A stretch of 61,900 nt of DNA from a virus (lineage: Duplodnaviria; Caudoviricetes). The notes beneath the pieces were generated by a model, which worked only from the letters and a program-made list of their open reading frames with translations, ran no database searches and was not told the DNA's origin. Positions 58,505 through 61,900 of this stretch are shown here, one piece after another; position 1 is the first letter of the stretch, and each line of letters starts with the position of its first letter. Both the position numbers and the translations under genes were made by a program. Location of the stretch: the IMG/VR virus record IMGVR_UViG_3300032227_001666, positions 1-61,900 of that record. One strand, written 5' to 3'.

Positions 58505-58762
58505 ATGGATGTATCAATGCCTAGCCATGAAGATTTAGACGCAATCATTTTGGGGGAAATACATCAATATATTCCCAAAAATGATGTGCCTATTGAAAAA
58601 GATATAAGTTTGTATGAATATGGAATCGATAGCATTGATGCTATGGATATGCTTTATCAAATTCAAGATAAGTTAGACATGGATAAGAGAATTGAATTTG
58701 ATTCTGATGAAAAATTAACAATAAATAATATTAAAACTCTTATTCAAAAGAATTTGTGTTAG
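58505..58762 (+). CDS. Acyl carrier protein-like
   Basis: ~85 aa acidic protein with YGIDSIDAMD phosphopantetheine-site motif and TINN; AAGGAG RBS. Confidence 0.7.
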   Translation: MDVSMPSHEDLDAIILGEIHQYIPKNDVPIEKDISLYEYGIDSIDAMDMLYQIQDKLDMDKRIEFDSDEKLTINNIKTLIQKNLC

Positions 58763-59033
58763 ATTTTTTTCTTTTTCCTTTAATTGAAATAGAAGAAGAA
58801 TTTTTAACCGGACTCATCATAACAAATGGTGAGTCCGGTGTTTTATAAGATTGATTACAAAAAGCTATTGCAAATTCATCTTTATCAAGACCTTCTATTT
58901 CTTTAGACTTTACTATTTGCATTTTAAGGTTCATAGTTTCTGCAAATTTTTTAATTTCTTTTTGGTCTGATATTTTTATAAAGAATTTTTTACCATCTTT
59001 TTTTTCTAACATAATCAATTTTCGTTCCGGCAT
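58740..59033 (-). CDS. Hypothetical protein
   Basis: GGAG RBS; 97-aa ORF. Confidence 0.6.
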   Translation of the reverse strand: MPERKLIMLEKKDGKKFFIKISDQKEIKKFAETMNLKMQIVKSKEIEGLDKDEFAIAFCNQSYKTPDSPFVMMSPVKNSSSISIKGKRKKSNTNSFE

Positions 59034-59066
59034 AGACTTTTCTCCAAGTACTTAATATAATTATAA

Positions 59067-60035
59067 GTGCAGATAATGATAGATTCAATAGAATATAATT
59101 CTGATAGAAGATTTGGTGTTGAACTTGAGTTTAACGCTTTTGATAAATTGAGTAGAACTCAAAATGCTAATAATTTGCCGAATGGTATTTGGTTTTTTGG
59201 AAATGTTATTTCCGAAACATTAAAAACAGATGTAGAAATAAACAAATGGCACAATACTCACAATAATAAAAAATGGATTATTAAGCCAGACTCTAGTTGT
59301 GGTATAGAAGTTTGCAGTCCTCCAAATTTCCCAGAACAGGGTCTCAAATCTATTTGCAAAGTAATTGATGCTTATAAAAAAATACCTTTTATTGAAGCAG
59401 ATTCCAGATGTAGTTTTCATGTTCATATTGAAATAGAAGATTTTATTTATCAAGATGTTATTTTTTTAATACAAAAATGGATACAAATGGAATCATTTTT
59501 CTTTATGTTTACAAATAGCAATAGGTTTGCCAATAATTATTGTAAATTTTTAGGATTAACACACGATTTTATATGTAATAATGTTGATTTTACTAAGTCG
59601 TTTTATTTAGATATTTGTGAAAGCAAATATTTTTCTATTAATTTATGCAATTATAAAAAGAAAAAAAAGAAAACAGTTGAATTTAGAATTATGGGACCAG
59701 AAGCATGCTTAAATTCAGAAGATGCATTTAATTGGATCGCTCTTTGCATATCTTTTGTAAATAGTTGTAAAAAAGAAAATAACAAATATGTTACTTTTAC
59801 TGATTTTGAATACATGACAATAAAAGAAAGTCTTGATTTTATTAATATTGAAAATAGTTTTAAAGGATTGAATATAAAGAATTGGTTAGTTAAAAAATTA
59901 AATCAATCTTTAGATGGAATGCATATTAAAGAACTTAAATATAAAAATTACATATGGAATAAAATTTTAAATCAATATAAAAAAGAAATAAAAGAATTAA
60001 CAAAAAACATGGAGATAGAAAATGTTATATTGTAA
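59067..60035 (+). CDS. Putative amidoligase (COOH-NH2 ligase family)
   Basis: RFGVELEF, W.IKPDSS, EVCSP, CSFHVHI, KYFSIN, TVEFR motifs. Confidence 0.85.
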   Translation: MQIMIDSIEYNSDRRFGVELEFNAFDKLSRTQNANNLPNGIWFFGNVISETLKTDVEINKWHNTHNNKKWIIKPDSSCGIEVCSPPNFPEQGLKSICKVIDAYKKIPFIEADSRCSFHVHIEIEDFIYQDVIFLIQKWIQMESFFFMFTNSNRFANNYCKFLGLTHDFICNNVDFTKSFYLDICESKYFSINLCNYKKKKKKTVEFRIMGPEACLNSEDAFNWIALCISFVNSCKKENNKYVTFTDFEYMTIKESLDFINIENSFKGLNIKNWLVKKLNQSLDGMHIKELKYKNYIWNKILNQYKKEIKELTKNMEIENVIL

Positions 60036-60468
60036 TGATTTATTTGATTGTGTTTCCAAGATTAAGATTTTTGCTAAAATTTTACAACCATATACTTTTC
60101 CTTTAGTTTCTTTGGAAGTTGAAGAAAAATTTGCCCCCATGAGATGTTGGATAGTTGATGTTGATGGCTGGAGAATTTGTGTTAATTACTCAGAAACAAT
60201 AATAAATGATAATTTGTTTAAAAATTTGCAAATTTTTTCATTGCATCTTTTTTCTTTGCCATTTCATATTTCATTCAAAATAGCTTCTTTGATTATCGTA
60301 AATGACGAAATAACGCCAGTTTATTATAGTTTTATTAAAGATGGCAAGAAAGTTGATAGCTGGACAAAAATGACTATGTCTAGTGGAGAAGAAACAAAAA
60401 TAAAGAAAAATCAAGTTGAAATAATTGAGTATATGGGTAAAAAAGTGGCTGTTATAACATCTTTTTAG
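60022..60468 (+). CDS. Hypothetical protein
   Basis: GGAG RBS; overlaps the amidoligase end. Confidence 0.65.
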   Translation: MLYCNDLFDCVSKIKIFAKILQPYTFPLVSLEVEEKFAPMRCWIVDVDGWRICVNYSETIINDNLFKNLQIFSLHLFSLPFHISFKIASLIIVNDEITPVYYSFIKDGKKVDSWTKMTMSSGEETKIKKNQVEIIEYMGKKVAVITSF

Positions 60469-60485
60469 TTTATTGTCTTGGGAGC

Positions 60486-60493
60486 TATAAATA
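60486..60493 (+). promoter_or_regulatory. T4-type late promoter
   Basis: Exact TATAAATA in the intergenic gap upstream of ATG 60522. Confidence 0.55.
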
Positions 60494-60521
60494 CATTGAC
60501 CCTTTTTAATAAAGGATTTCA

Positions 60522-60821
60522 ATGAAAAGCAATAAAATTCAATCGCTTCTAATAAACCACCTATTAAAACACGGACATATTCAGTTAAAATTACCTGATA
60601 ATGTTGTTTTAGAAATAGGCATTACAGAGGAGGACAGACATGGTAATATTAAAAAATCTAATGAATATTGTTGGGTCATTGCTCAAAAAGAACAAAGAGC
60701 TGCTTGTATTGATTCTTACAACTTAGGAATTTGTTTTCAAGATGAGGACAAAGCCATTGTTTTAGAAGATTCTTTTGTTGATTCAGAAGGACATTCAATT
60801 AGACAATTAAATGTTGTTTAA
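60522..60821 (+). CDS. Hypothetical protein
   Basis: AAGGA RBS; 99 aa. Confidence 0.7.
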   Translation: MKSNKIQSLLINHLLKHGHIQLKLPDNVVLEIGITEEDRHGNIKKSNEYCWVIAQKEQRAACIDSYNLGICFQDEDKAIVLEDSFVDSEGHSIRQLNVV

Positions 60822-61141
60822 TTAAAAAAATTAACTTTAGTATTTGAAAATACACAGGTTCCATCAAATCTGATTAAAGCAGATAGATTTCCTGTGGCGA
60901 AGACATTGTCTAAATTCAAATCAAAGTTTACTTCAAAAAAAATTCCATTAGAATCAATATTGGTTTTGGTTATTAACAATTTGCTTACTACACTTTTTTT
61001 ATTTGACTGGATTATTGATGCATTAGATGCATATAATTTTATTGTATTGATTATGGAATCCATAAAGAGACCGTAGTCAATATACTTTGTCCATGTCTGT
61101 GTCAAAGTTTCGTTAAGTTTATCTGTTTTTAAGACCTTCAT
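60818..61141 (-). CDS. Hypothetical protein
   Basis: Start moved to ATG 61141 after AGGA to avoid overlap with the divergent gene. Confidence 0.6.
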   Translation of the reverse strand: MKVLKTDKLNETLTQTWTKYIDYGLFMDSIINTIKLYASNASIIQSNKKSVVSKLLITKTNIDSNGIFFEVNFDLNLDNVFATGNLSALIRFDGTCVFSNTKVNFFN

Positions 61142-61153
61142 GGAGATTCCTAG

Positions 61154-61438
61154 ATGGCTGTTAAGGTTGCGAAGTCTATCTATAAGAATTTTGTGTACAG
61201 TTTGACCGATAAGGACCTTGAGTTTATTTGTAGCCGATTGCATCGTCAGTATCAAGATGATTTTGCTCAGTTTTGTAACTATGTTTCGGAGAATGTGTCA
61301 GAAGGTTTTTCTCAAATTAAAAATCTTTTTGAAAGCTCGGATGGATATCAGGATTTTTATTCTGTTGTTGATGATTTGAAATTTTCAGCCATAAAAGAAT
61401 ATGAAAGAAGGGGCTATAGCATCATGGAAGTGATTTGA
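61154..61438 (+). CDS. Hypothetical protein
   Basis: GGAG RBS; 94 aa. Confidence 0.7.
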   Translation: MAVKVAKSIYKNFVYSLTDKDLEFICSRLHRQYQDDFAQFCNYVSENVSEGFSQIKNLFESSDGYQDFYSVVDDLKFSAIKEYERRGYSIMEVI

Positions 61439-61495
61439 AAAAAAATTGAGTCTGTTTAAATTTGAGAGGTGGTGATTTTTACTTTAGACTCAATC

Positions 61496-61526
61496 CTTGG
61501 GCTAGATTTCTAGCCCAAGTTTTTTT
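61496..61526 (+). terminator. Intrinsic terminator
   Basis: CTTGGGCTAGA / TCTAGCCCAAG stem followed by a T-run. Confidence 0.8.
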
Positions 61527-61534
61527 ATAATTAT

Positions 61535-61900
61535 GATCCTTGAGCCAAGAAAACCCCCCTGACTTTAGTCGGGGGATGAATTGGCTCTTAAGTTGATTTA
61601 AATAATTTTAGGAAATTTTCAAATATTTTGCAAGTCCAACCGTATATAATTATGTAGGAAAATTTACATAAAATGAAAATCTTTGAATACAAGCTGTATG
61701 GAACCCAAAGTCAATTCGAAGGAATTGACCAAGGAATTCGTACAACTCAATTCATAAGAAACAAATGTATTCGTCTTTGGATCGATGAAGCTGCAAAACC
61801 AAAAGCTTCAAGAAAATCAATCGGAAGATATGATTTCAACAACTATTGTGTAGAACTATCTCACGATTTTGATTGGTGTGCAAAACTTAATTCTATGGCG
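61535..61900 (+). mobile_element. IS200/IS605-family element with no tnpA before tnpB (IS1341-like); left end shown, truncated by the window
   Basis: Subterminal hairpin GAGCCAA-GAAAACCCCCCTGACTTTAGTCGGGGGATGAA-TTGGCTC followed by tnpB; exact left boundary uncertain. Confidence 0.8.
61673..61900 (+). CDS. tnpB: TnpB RNA-guided nuclease, N-terminal part
   Basis: MKIFEYKLYGTQSQFEGIDQGIRTTQFIRNKCIRLW...KLNSMA matches the N-terminus of a common TnpB subfamily. Confidence 0.85.
   Translation, partial: MKIFEYKLYGTQSQFEGIDQGIRTTQFIRNKCIRLWIDEAAKPKASRKSIGRYDFNNYCVELSHDFDWCAKLNSMA

Noticed and set aside
1307-61076. Many short antisense or nested ORFs in the track (e.g. 1896-2345, 8849-9226, 26230-26643, 28018-28428, 56188-56931, 58101-58517)
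   Set aside because: They are shadows of well-supported genes on another strand or frame, with no motifs or RBS and biased composition.
61525-61545. Assignment of a specific TAM and left cleavage site for the tnpB element
   Set aside because: Several candidates (TTAT, ATGAT, TTGAG) are possible and cannot be resolved without the right end or an empty allele.
1-61900. CRISPR array, tRNA, tmRNA or rRNA genes
   Set aside because: No regularly spaced repeats, cloverleaf with T-loop GTTCRA, or rRNA-like sequence was seen in the few intergenic gaps; a tRNAscan run would be needed to be certain.
1-61900. Stop-codon reassignment as seen in some jumbo phages
   Set aside because: Conserved genes are full length in the standard code, and TAA, TAG and TGA all end genes at the expected positions.

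Overview
AT-rich 61.9-kb segment of a large T4-like (contractile-tailed, probably jumbo) phage genome read in the standard genetic code. About 0.6-21 kb is virion morphogenesis: gp13/gp14-like neck, gp15-like terminator, sheath, two tube-like proteins, a gp26/gp51-like baseplate pair and a gp55-like late sigma, interleaved with large unknown proteins. About 21-33 kb holds a MoxR-type AAA+/VWA pair, a resolvase, GATase-II, CTP synthase and a class I RNR whose alpha subunit has two inteins. About 33-47 kb and 54-58.5 kb cover recombination and replication: gp46/47, Dda- and UvsW-like helicases, a minimal family A polymerase, DnaB-like helicase, UvsY-like protein, sigma-like proteins, dCMP deaminase, gp32-like SSB and RecA. 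A sugar-nucleotide/glycosyltransferase cluster lies at 47.7-54.2 kb, followed by an acyl carrier protein, an amidoligase and the start of a tnpB element at the right edge. The most notable signals missed by the ORF track are: (1) a 348-bp ORF-less IscB-type omegaRNA (HEARO-like) element inserted without protein change into an ATGA gene overlap, with its TAM readable; (2) a ~400-nt multi-helix non-coding region upstream of the minimal PolA operon; (3) a probable -1 programmed frameshift joining the gp26- and gp51-like ORFs; (4) a family of proteins with T4-like capsid-targeting sequences behind TA(A/C/T)ATA late promoters, two of them 14-bp palindromes. All assignments come from motif recognition by eye; no database searches were run.
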